The notes below the pieces were generated by a model. It was given only the letters and a program-made list of their open reading frames with translations, had not been told where the DNA came from and made no database searches. Of a DNA stretch of 64,000 bases, positions 51,645-62,360 are shown piece after piece. The translations under genes were made by a program, and so were the position numbers. Where the stretch lies: NCBI GenBank assembly GCA_037447605.1, contig CM074816.1, positions 1,826,525 to 1,890,524 on the forward strand, written 5' to 3'. Position 1 is the stretch's first letter. Each line of letters starts with the position of its first letter. Source of the stretch: Zygnema circumcarinatum SAG 698-1b (Eukaryota > Plantae > Zygnematophyceae).

Positions 51645-52429
51645 CACGCCTTCACTGATTCTGCTCCCAGAACTTCATATAGACATTCTAAATCACATAG
51701 CTTCAAGTATAGAGAGAAACGTCACGATAATGAATGACATCATGAATGTGGAAAGAATACATACAGAATCTAAATAGACTACCCTAGAAGATAGAAACTG
51801 ATGCAAAAAAACATACAACGTCTGTCTAGTGACCTACAACAGAAAAATATCTTCTATAAACTTACATCGAGAATTGCTTCTGGAAAGAACTGCGACACTT
51901 CAAAGACAAATATTCGTCTTGCAGACCTTCTTCCCCTTTTTTCCAGTTGCTTCTGCAAGCCCAGGCCCTTCAGAACGGCCTGCAGTGCAGCGCAGCCTCC
52001 CACCAAGGTCCTGAAAGCGCCCTCCAAACGTCGGCCTGCATGGCTGCCCTGCCCTGCCCTTCGCTGAGCGGCCCTGCCGACCGTCCATCTTGCAAGATAT
52101 CTGTACGGAGTGAGTCTTGGCCGTCCGTCTGGCGCCTTTTCGCGAACAGCTTTGATCCATAGCCTTGCCGCCGGCGAGGGCTGCGCCAAGGGCCAACACG
52201 GCATTTCCGCCACAGCATGGTCTCATAGCCACAAATGGCTTCAAAAACCTCCACTCTACATTTCTGCACATAGTTCGCATAATATGAATAGTGGTCGTTT
52301 ACACATTCGGATTGCTCCCTGAGCGCGCGCTCTTTATAAGCAGATTGGACTCCATTGAAAGGTTTCAGTTTCTGTTTTGAGAAGGTATTTCAGTTCTATG
52401 TGAGTGTGGGAGTGCTTGGCTGCTTATTT

Positions 52430-53125
52430 TATGGCATCGCCATCGTGAGATCAATGCCGCATCTTTCCCCCGTTTTAACACATTGATCCTTGCAGGGCGA
52501 TATGATGCTGGTAGCAAGGCGGGTCCGTACAAGGAAAAACAGAGGCGGAGAGAGGGGGTTCGGTAAGGAGAGAGAGAGAGAGAGTCAAAGAAAGGCGCGA
52601 TAGAGCGAGCAGGAGAGTGGGCCTGCCATGGGAGGGTAAGAGAGATGGAGAGAGGTAGAAGGGCAAGAAATATCCAAGAAGTAGAGAGAGGGGCCACCGG
52701 GAGACGAAGAAAGAGAGGCTGATGCGAAAAAGGTAAAGGCTGCCGAACATGGAAAGAGTGCCGCGAAAAAGAGCAACAAAGGTTGCAGTAAGATCGAGCC
52801 AGAGAAAGACGAATAAGGTACGAAAACAAATTGGTCGAAATGGTTCGACCAATTGACAAACAATGGTTGCAACCATAGCCAATTGCTGGCACATTATTAG
52901 CCAATGGTTGGCACATCATCAGCCAATGGCTGGCACATCATCAGCCAATGATTTGACCGTATAACGGTCCGAAACCGTTGGCAATGGTCGGCTTGGTCCG
53001 CCAAGGAACGGCTACAACCATTGCCAATGTCCAGAGAGGTACACTAACCAATGGTTGGCTTGGTTGCAACCCTGGCAATGGTTGGCTGGGCCCATCAACC
53101 AATGGTTGTGCAGCCATTGAATTCA
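52430..53125 (+). mobile_element. Dispersed repeat with a GCATCGCCATCGTG motif and an array of CCAATGGTTG/GGTTGCAACC palindromes
   Basis: Shares the motif with 1506 and 12168(-). Hairpins AATTGGTCGAAATGGTTCGACCAATT and ATGGTTGCAACCAT are present. Confidence 0.55.
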
Positions 53126-53873
53126 CTGGCGTGCCCTATCTGCTGTTCGGGTTCAGTGCTCTGTCACTGCGTTCGACCTGCGCACTGTTTCCGCCAATCC
53201 TTTCCTATCCGCTTTCCGTCAATCCCGAAAAGAAAGAGGTTGCCCATTCAATTTCCACGTAAGGGTGGTTCGCAAATCGGGAAAGCGCTGGCTCGTGAAG
53301 GAGAAGCAAATGAGCAAACGCATGACATGGCATCGCATACGCATAAGCACCGTATCACATCACATCCCACAACAAGCCTAACATGGACGACAAAGAGGGA
53401 GAGGGAGGCGAGAGAGAGATAGAAAACGACCTTTTTTGAACTGCTCGACATTTAGAATAAAATGGCGCAAAATCGCCAAAAAAAAAAAACAAAAGCGTGA
53501 GTGCAGACGATGTTGGCGCTGCAGCAAACCGACAGGACAGACGGGGAACAAACTACAACCGCACACAGGACTGAACTGAGCTGAGCTGAGCCTAGAACTT
53601 AAAACAATGACCTAAACAAAACAAATGCAGCGACCCCTCCCTCTCCCTCTCTCTCTCACTCCGCTTATTCCACTCCGACTGTACACAACGAATTGAACTG
53701 AACGGTGAAGAGAAGTGAAGCGCAGGGAACGGCGCCGCCTTCCCTTCCCTTCCCTTCCATGCTCCCAAGGGCTGCCCTCGCCCTCGCCCTGCCCTGCCCT
53801 CCGAGCGGGCCTCGAGGCTTGGAAGCCTGCGCGGCGCGCCTTGCGGCCCCCCAGAGGAGAGGAGAGGCGAGGC

Positions 53874-55927
53874 CTACTTCCGCCAGCTGAGTGTCACAAG
53901 CGGCACCTTGAGGGTGAGCTCCCACACGCCGACCCGCGAGTGCCTGAAGAGGCGCTCGAACGCGAGCGGCCACAGCCAGCACGCGTACTCCTCCTCCTCC
54001 GACCCCTTCTCCGCCCCCCCAGAGAGACTCCACTCCCGCAGCTCGTCCGCCGTCACAAACGGCTCGGGCCCATAGCCGCGCCCCTCCAGCTCTCGCAGAG
54101 CCTGCTCCACCCAACGCAAACGCCCGCCGCCCATTCACTCATTCAATTCATCCATTCATCTCACCGTTCATTCCCGCAGTACATCGACCTCAAAACAGGT
54201 ATCTAAAGCAGACAGACTGCATGATCAATTTTCAAAGAGACCATCTTTGAGGCAAAAATGCAGGCGGACGGGTGGTGCACGTACCGTGGTATAAATCCGG
54301 TGAAAAATTCGAATCAACTTCATCCTCATCAGCAGATTGGAGACTTTGTAGACTGTCACTCCGTAAAGGAAAAGGGAGAGCGCGAACTGAAAAATGTCCC
54401 ATTTGGACATGACAAAGATGTTGACCTTCATTGACGCAAAGACCAACGCCAAGAGCATGGAACCGGCCGAGCGAAAAATAGAGTCGTCTTCAGCTTTCTT
54501 TGCACTCGTCGGCAGAACTGCACAGAGATACACCCAACACATTCATTCAGTCATTCCGACCATTCTAACTCCTGCAGCAGAGACCACACCCGCCCACTCA
54601 CTCAACCGTCGAAGAGAAAGAATCATTCATCGCAGTCAGTGGTCCAAACTAACCTGTTTGGTATGCCGAATAATTCTCCCGCGTCCTCTTCTCTGAGGTA
54701 TAAAGGCTTCTGAGTGAAGCATCCTCCAAGTGAGGGTTCTGCAACATGGGAAAAACAAAATACTTTTTATCGTTAGGCTTGAAAGAAACATTTGACTTAC
54801 TACACAAATGGAACAATCGCGCAATGGAAAAAGTGAATGCGTTGGAGGAGCACTCATTACCTTGTTATAATACTTGAGCGAAAGCTTTTTCAGATTCCTC
54901 CTCATCTGCAGCTTCCAAAAGCTGTGGACGATCGCTCCCGTAACGACAAGGAAGACCACCAACTGGAGAAACTCCCAGCGGGCCATCGGGAAGATCTTGC
55001 CCCGCAGGGCCAACACGAATAAATTCAAAAGCAGAACTACGACCGGAACGAAAATGTACTCGGCCACAATTTCCTGCTCAACATCCGTCTTAACAGAGAA
55101 CGGGATTTGCTCCGGTACGTCGACCAGCGGGTGCACTGCGAAGTGAATGGGTGCTCGCGCTGCGCACACAGAAACGACACTTGCAAGGTCAGGACGCGCT
55201 GCGCTGCAAGACCATCAACATGGATTGGATCGCCTAAAGACGTCCAATTGCGTCAAAACACAAGGGTTGTGTACAACGCATCTCAATCCTGCATCAAGGC
55301 ACACCCTACTAATGCGGCTTCTAGGACCCGCCTGCTGCTCCTAGCACTAAAGGCAAGCCAGTGCCTACCTCCTTGGCAGAAACGTGCAGGCTCGGCCTCC
55401 TCAAAGCGCTGCTGCGAGGGAAGAAGAGGCAGCCCATAGCCGGGCGAGGAGTACAAGGGGTTGCCGCCCGGCAACTGATCGACGAAGTACTCTTTCGCGT
55501 AGCACAGCGCAAGACGGAGCAGCAACTCACGATTGTTTTGTCTGAATCTGGATTCTACGCCCCAGTCCTGGAGAAGACATACGAGGCCTTCGGTGGAGAT
55601 CGCCCGCACGCGCTGCTCCGTTACGCGGAAAACGGCAGCGTCTCCTACGACCTGCGTCCTGTGAGGAGGCGGCGGCAGGTCCAGGAGGCCGACGAGGTTC
55701 CGGCTGCGCACGTATTCGAGGACAGGGCGGCGGTAGAATTCGGGGTCGTTGCAGTCGGTGGAGGTGCAGAAGCCCCAGTAGAGCACGAGGAGCTTCAGCT
55801 GACTGAGCGACAGCTCACGCACACGCTCCTCAGTCTTTGAAGAAATAGGATAGGACCAGCGAGAGCAAGAGTGAGAGATAGCAGGAGGGGGCAAGGGACG
55901 GTGGACACCGTATCGCCCGCCCGCCAT
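53874..55927 (-). CDS. MAN1/Src1(Heh)-like inner nuclear membrane protein candidate; exons 55927-55369, 55159-54861, 54738-54654, 54517-54285, 54101-53874
   Basis: All five junctions are GT-AG and phase-consistent. Two helical N-terminal repeats (TEERVRELSLSQLKLLVLYWG / TEQRVRAISTEGLVCLLQDWG), two homologous TM-hairpin exons, and a C-terminal EPFVTADELREW..WLWPLAFERLFRHSRV..LSW resembling the MAN1 winged helix. Confidence 0.65.
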
Positions 55928-56029
55928 GGCCGAGAGCGGAGAGCGGAGAGCGCAGAGCACAGAGCTAAAGCAGGAAGTCAAAGCGAAACCGAAAGTGCAA
56001 AAGTGAGACGGTTGGGGAGGGGAGGGCTC

Positions 56030-56186
56030 TTTATACCGGGGGGGCTCCTGCGTTGATGGAGCTACTGTAATCTCAGCAAGCCACGTGGCAACTGTGACGA
56101 CGTGGCGCGCTCTGGTTGGCATTCGCCCGCTTTTGCTCGCTGGCACGCGCCCTGCACGCGCCCTGCACGGGCCCTCCGCGCGTGTC
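56030..56186 (-). promoter_or_regulatory. TATA box plus ABRE/G-box/CE3-like module
   Basis: TATAAA (minus strand) at 56035-56030; GCCACGTGGC at 56080-56089; GACGTGGC at 56099-56106; CGCGTGTC at 56179-56186. Confidence 0.55.
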
Positions 56187-58078
56187 CCGGGGCGCATCCT
56201 GGCCGTCCATGATTGAGATCGACGGTGCGTGGAGGGTCCAACTTTATCACGGTGCGACCACCCACCACCACTCGCGTTGTCGGGCGCATCCTGGCCGTCC
56301 ATTTCTACGATCGACGGCGCGCGGCGGGTCCATCCTTATCACGGTGCGGCCACCTACCACCACGCGCTTTCTGGGGCGCATCCTGCCCGTCCATTACCAC
56401 GATCGACGGCGCACGGCGCTCTCTGGACTGCAGGGAGGGAGGGAGGGAAGGGAAGGGTGGGGGCCTTGGGCCCGGGGGGCCGGCCGGCCGGTTCCTCGTG
56501 GTTCCCGAATCTCCGTGTTGTGATGTTCCTGTTGATGGCCGTGAACATGGGATGGTTCGGTCATTGAGGAAATTGTTTCTCGCCCGGTTGACAATTGGGT
56601 TCTTCGTGGTTCCCCGCGTTGGCCATGAACATGGATGTGCCATCGGCCCATCGCCATCGCGTGGGCAGGGCCGATTCACTTCTCCGTCCCTCAATAGCGA
56701 GGGTACGGTGCGCAGCACGAGAGCGGACCCTCCCTCCCTCCCTCTCGTGAAGGCGAACCGGCGCCCTCCTCCGCCCAGCGAGAGCGGCATTCGGCGCTGG
56801 TCTTCATACTGCCTACCGAGGGGGCAGCGCGAACGCGCCCAGTGGCGTTCAAGCTATGGTGTTCTGCTGCTGCTGTCTTTTGTAATGTCATGATGTTGAG
56901 ATTGACATGCATCGTTCAAGATGTAGATACTAATTTTGGTAACGATGGTGATTTCCGAGGTAAGCCTGACCGACCGACTGACCGATCATCTGTTGTTGAC
57001 GTTTACAGTAGATGGAGAACTTAAATCTTTTTGTCTGGCTTTGGACAGCTGAGCCTAAAGCACAGACTCGTGCCCTTTTTAAAAAAAATAATTGTGAGGC
57101 ATCACCTTATTGGGTGCCAAATAAAAGAGTTAACTTTACCAAAAACACAAGTCTTCAATGGTAGAATGTGCGAACCACAATTCACAAGTCTTTCATTGTG
57201 GAGAGCTCTAGGCCGTCAGGAATGGCCAGAAGAACAGCTTTCAGATTTTCAGGCAGAGGGGACGTAATTTTTAGGGTTTCACTTGCTGCTTCGGCTGCAC
57301 TACCGTCACGCTCTCTCCCTAAAACCGCCCTGCAACCCTCCTCTGACTCTAAAACGGGATTTCTCACAACATTTTGCTCCTGTTTTGGAGTCGGCTCCCC
57401 GCAGACCTGCTATGCATATCAGTCCTTGTGCTTGATAAACCAAATCCTGATCCGTCAGGAGAAAAAGGTGAGTTGGTCGGCGGAATATCCTCTTCCAACA
57501 GGAAGTCGTCCTCTTGAGAAGATGTTGGTGGAAGATGAGAGAGGAAGCGGGAGGGATGGGGTACGTCGAGCAGCTGGGCATGGAGGAAGCAACGAGAGGA
57601 AGGAAGCTGATAACGTTCACGAAAAATCCGGTTAGTGCCTCCCTTTTTATGGGCAGAATCGCCTACAACCTGCAGGACATGAAAGCTATGGTTACGAGCA
57701 AGCAAAGAATGGCTCAATAAGAGTCTGAAATGATGGGATTTGCACGTCTTCAACGATGGAAAAGCCTGCTCTGAAAATGTAAGAGCAGGAAGGAATGGAT
57801 TAGCTGAATGGAGTATCGTAGTACATGATGGCCTCGATGATTGAGATGCTTGCGTATTTGATGCCAACGCTCTGTGCGAATAACAACCTGCAGTTAACAG
57901 AGAGAAGCTGAAATGTAGCCACAGTGGGTTGGGCTGGACAGTGTGTTGCCGATAAGATGTTTGATGAAAACAAATCTGCTCTGTGAGGGCTACGAACTCC
58001 ATCTTACAAGGCATTAGGCTCACGGTTTCAAGGTAGAAAAAGTGATGCAACGTCAAGTACTCATTTAATAAATCACAG
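56135..58078. repeat. Segmental tandem duplication, copy 1 (copy 2 is 58524-60231); includes a 92-bp tandem repeat at 56189-56415
   Basis: Colinear similarity over ~1.7-1.9 kb. GGCGCATCCT recurs at 56191, 56283 and 56375. The copy ends at an N gap. Confidence 0.9.
57182..57888 (-). pseudogene. Partial duplicate of the last two exons of the pseudouridine synthase gene, frameshifted
   Basis: Encodes VVIRTERWHQIRKH..|VVGDSAH..FLHAQLLD.PHP. A 1-bp deletion at ~57401 (CCCCGCAGAC vs CCCCGTCAGAC) gives an early stop, and upstream exons are absent past the gap. Confidence 0.7.
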
Positions 58079-58523
58079 NNNNNNNNNNCCAATCAAGGGA
58101 ACGGCGAATAAAGGCAAAGCACCAAATTCATTCTCACACGTTAAAAATGTTCTCATCGTGTGGGCTGTGCTAGACTGGTATGAAAGTGAAGGCAGGGAGT
58201 CGCAGAAGCTCTGCGTCCTCTGGGTGGGCCACTCGTCTCACAAAGTTGAGCCCCGTGAAGAGAGATATAATAGGCGACAGCGTGGAGACCCATCTGTCAC
58301 CATTTACGCGCAAAACGACCTGAGAGAATCCGAACGAAGCAAGGTGTTGATTTCAAGGTTAAGCGAAGCTTGAACTTTTGAGAGAATCACATCGGACTTT
58401 TCAGATACATGGCAAAGTCATCGTAGAGTTAGCATGGAAATTCACCGTTAATCTTAGACGCCTCATATTCATTCAGAGAAGAAAAAAGTCCGAATAAACT
58501 TCTAGTTTCACCAAAGTTGAAGG

Positions 58524-60231
58524 CACGCTGGCACGCGCGCGTCCCTGGGCGCATCCTGACCGTCCAAGTCTGAGATCGACGGCGCGCGGCGGGCCCAGTC
58601 CTTACCGTCCATATTTGAGATCGAACCGCAGGGAGGGAGGGAGGGGCGGCCGGCCGGCTTCTCGTGGTTCCCGAATCTCCGTGTTGTGATGTTACTGTTG
58701 TGGCCGTGAACATGGTTCGGTCATTGCGGAAATTGTTTCTCGCCCGGCCGACTGTTGGGTTATTCGTGGTTCCCCGCGTTGGCCATGAATATGGATGTGC
58801 CATCGGCCCATCGCCATCGCGAGGGCAGGGCCGATTCGATTCCCCGTCCCTCCATAGCGAGGGTACGGTGGGCAGCACGAGAGCGAAGGGCCCTCCCTCC
58901 CTCCCTCCCTCCCTACCTCTCGTGAAGGCGAGCCGGCGTCCTCCTCCGGCCAGAGAGAGCGGCATTCGGCGCTGGTCTTCATGCTGCCTACCGAGGGGGC
59001 AGTGCGAACGCGCCCAGTGGCGTTTAAGCTATGGTCTTTTGCTGCTGCTGTCTTGCATAATGACATGATGTTGAGATTGACAAGCAGAGTTCACAATGTA
59101 GATACCAATTTTGGTAATGATGGTGATGCTCGTTTTTCGGTGTATGCTTGACCGACCGACTGACTGATCATCTGCTGTTGACGTTTACGGTAGACGGAGA
59201 ACCAAACTCGTTTTGTCTGGCTTTGGATAGCTTAGCACAGTATCGCTTAAAGCAAAGACTCGTAGCCTTTTTAAAAAAGGTAATTGTGAGGCATCACCTT
59301 ATTGGATGTCAAATAAAAGAGTTATCTTTACCAAAAACAGAATTCTTTCATGGTGGACAGCTCTAGGCCATCAGGAATAGCCAAAAGCACAGCTTTCAGA
59401 TCGTCAGGCAGAGGGGACAAAATTTTTAGGGTTTCGCTTGCTGCTTCAGCTGCACTACCGTCACGCTCTCTCCCTGAAACCGCCCTGCAGCCCTCTGACT
59501 CTAAAACGAGATTTCTCACAACATTCTGCTCCTGTTTTGGAGCCGGCTCCCCGTCAGACCTGCTATACATATCTGTCCTTGTGCTTGATAAGCCAAATCC
59601 CGATCCAAAAGGAGAAAAAGGTGAGCTGGTTGGCGGAATATCCTCCTCCAACAGGAAGTCGTCCTCTTGAGGAGATGTTGGTGGAAGATGAGAGAGGAAG
59701 CGCAAGGGATGGGGTAAGTCGAGCAGCTGGGCATGGAGGAAGCAACGAGAGGATGGAAGCTGATAACGTTCACGAAAAATCCGGTTCGTGCCTCCCTTTC
59801 CATGGGCAGAATCGCCTACAACCTGCAAGACATGAAAGCTATGGTTACGAGCAAGCAAAGAATGGCTCAATAAGAGTCTGAAATGATGAGATTTGCACGT
59901 TTCCCACGATGGAAAAGCCTGATCTGGAAATGTAAGAGCAGGAAGGAATGGATTAGCTGAATGGAGTATCGTAGTACATGATGGCCTCGATGATTGAGAT
60001 GCTTGCGTATTTGATGCCAACGCTCTGTGCGAATAACAACCTGCAGTTAACAGAGAGAAGCTGAAATGTAGCCACAGTGGGTTGGGCTGGACAGTGTGTT
60101 GCCGATAAGATGTTTGATGAAAACAAATCTGCTCTGTGAGGGCTACGAACTCCATCTTACAAGGCATTAGGCTCACGGTTTCAAGGTAGAAAAAGTGATG
60201 CAACGTCAAGTACTCATTTAATAAATCACAG
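58524..60231. repeat. Segmental tandem duplication, copy 2
   Basis: Matches 56135-58078 and is near-identical over its last ~270 bp. Confidence 0.9.
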
Positions 60232-61762
60232 ACAGCGTAGTCGTTTTCTGCAAGGAAAGAAACACTACTTCGAGAAGGGAGCAGCGTGCTTGTGGAAGGT
60301 CAAGCAATTTTGCGCACTCTGTCCGCGCCTTGCGTGGAATGCCCTGCACACGATGGACTTATAAAATTGAGGACGGAAAATGGGAAAGATCCAAATAACA
60401 CACGCATGCAAGCAAGACCGCATAAGACAGATTCCATCATCAAACACAGAATTTGCGCATTTACCTTTTCATCCTTCACAGGCTCATCGCAAACAAATTT
60501 TTGAGGAGTGCAGCCACGAGCAAGCACAACATACCTGCGGCATTCACCCCACCAGCGTCAATTTTAAATGAACCTATTTACAAAACATGCATACGAAGGC
60601 AGAATTTTTACCAACAATCCTATTTACAAGTTCGCACTGCGTTCGAGAAAAAGGAACCCTTGCATACAGAAGGTGAGATGTTCGAGCCGCAAGTGATGAC
60701 CGTTGCTTAGAGGGACGACTCACTGCTTTCTGCAGGCAGGGCTTGAGAGGCAGTGCTGAAGAAGGTGTGCAGAATGTCCTGACTTGGCCAAAATCAGTAC
60801 TCCACTTGCCGGGCGATCGAGGCGGTGCACAGGATACAAAGGTCTGCCTTCATTGAAAACGTGCACGAGCATTCTGATTCTAATCATTAGTTAAAAGCTT
60901 CAGTCCAGGTCTGAAAACATGATTCGACTGAAAGTATCGTAAGTTATAACCAAGATTAGCGATGACATAAAAAAAGTGACAAAAGGGGCAAAATCGTCTG
61001 CAGACTGTCTGCTGCTATCATTTACACTGAAATGTGGACAGCTGGAGTTCCAGTTTTGCATCTTGAATCGTGTGAAAGTTAGTACATGCGAGTACACATT
61101 CAGCATCACAAGTTGAAAGAGGGAAAAGCACGAAAGCACTAAGGGCAAGATACCTTATTGCAAGTTCCCACCTGCCATGAACCGTTGTTCTGCAATGTCC
61201 TTCACGAAAATGCGCTGGTCACGCTCTTCTATCTCTTCTATCTAGCTCTTCTATCTTCGCTTCTTCTTCTTCTCTGGCCACCTTACTGCTATGGACCTGC
61301 AAAACCAAACTCCAAGATAAAGCCTACTTCATCTATTCCGAAACGTGGCTTAACTTTAAAGTCTCCCATCGCTGCCATTGACTTCCTACGGCCTTGCATA
61401 ACCAGAAACATTAAGTTCAGCACTCGTACCGCCAGACCAAAGAAAAATTGATTCAATGCAATAAGAAAATTTGATATTCTGTTCCTCAACTTCCTGCTGA
61501 AAGACTCCTCACAGACAAGCAGATGGTTGACGCCTACAAGCATTGCGCCCGGCTTGTCTACAGCAAGAAGCCATCGATCCTCATAAAGCAGCTTGAGCCG
61601 CAGGCCCTCTACCGCATCCGTGAAGACATGGCTCGACCGTACAATCGTGTTGGCCTCTTGCCGCCATCGCGTACTCCTTCTCCACCCTTTGTAGCATCTA
61701 CCTTCTCTCAAAGAAGCTCTGCCAAACAGGTCCCTTGACAAACTCGTCCACTTTAAAGCCAT
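59328..61762 (-). CDS. RluA-family RNA pseudouridine synthase, TruC-like, with a probable organellar presequence
   Basis: Motif I LLYEDRWLLAVDKPGAML|VH; motif II LYPVHRLDRPASGVLILAK (catalytic Asp); KQ|YVVLARG; motif III TERWHQIRKH..H|VVGDSAHG; FLHAQLLDLPHP. Arg/Ser-rich N-terminus. A 52-nt insertion at 61224-61275 breaks the frame as assembled. Confidence 0.88.
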
Positions 61763-62360
61763 TTTAGCTGGTATGCGTCTTAAGAATGACAATAAAATTA
61801 AAAAACAGGGAGATATCTGCAGATGTCAAACAAGGAAACCTGAAAATGACTTCCTTTTCATCTCTCTTCGAAATATTTCGCCTCTTCTTATGCATCCTGC
61901 GCTGCAGAGCTTATTCAACACTGCTGAGCACGTCCCTCGACTATGCTGAAACTAAAAGTTTAGCGCTGTTTTTTGCCTTCTCAAACGAAGCGCGAGCTGC
62001 AGCAGGCCGGAAACTTCAAACCAGAAACCGCGGCAGGTTTTTTGCTGCAAACCTGAAGACGAAGACTTTGCAAACTGGTTTCCAAGTTGTGACGTTGTAC
62101 GGTTGAGGAATTGTTGGGAAACCGGGAATTCGTACCTGAAAAAAAAACAAAATTCTACACTATTGGTCCTTCAGTGACCGGGACATTTGGAAAATTGATC
62201 TCCAAATGTTGAACGTTCCATGTTGCAATTCCATGCGAAAAGAAAATTCAAATCTTAAAAAAAAATTGAAATGTACCTACAATGCTGGGGCTCCGGCTCT
62301 TCGCCTTCTTGCCGGCGGCTCCGTCGAAGAAGGTGAGGCGTCGCGGCCCTCCTTCAGGCT

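Noticed and set aside
51829-52322. GC-rich ORF cluster upstream of HVA22
   Set aside because: No family motifs; likely 5' UTR or an unresolved first exon.
56116-56912. Long overlapping ORFs in the GC-rich duplicated segment (and 58429-59068)
   Set aside because: No recognisable domain, indels between the copies, and GC-rich repeats produce spurious ORFs.
57364-60209. Transposase or LTR interpretation of the direct repeat
   Set aside because: The coding content is the 3' end of a pseudouridine synthase; no TG..CA ends, PBS or RT/transposase motifs.
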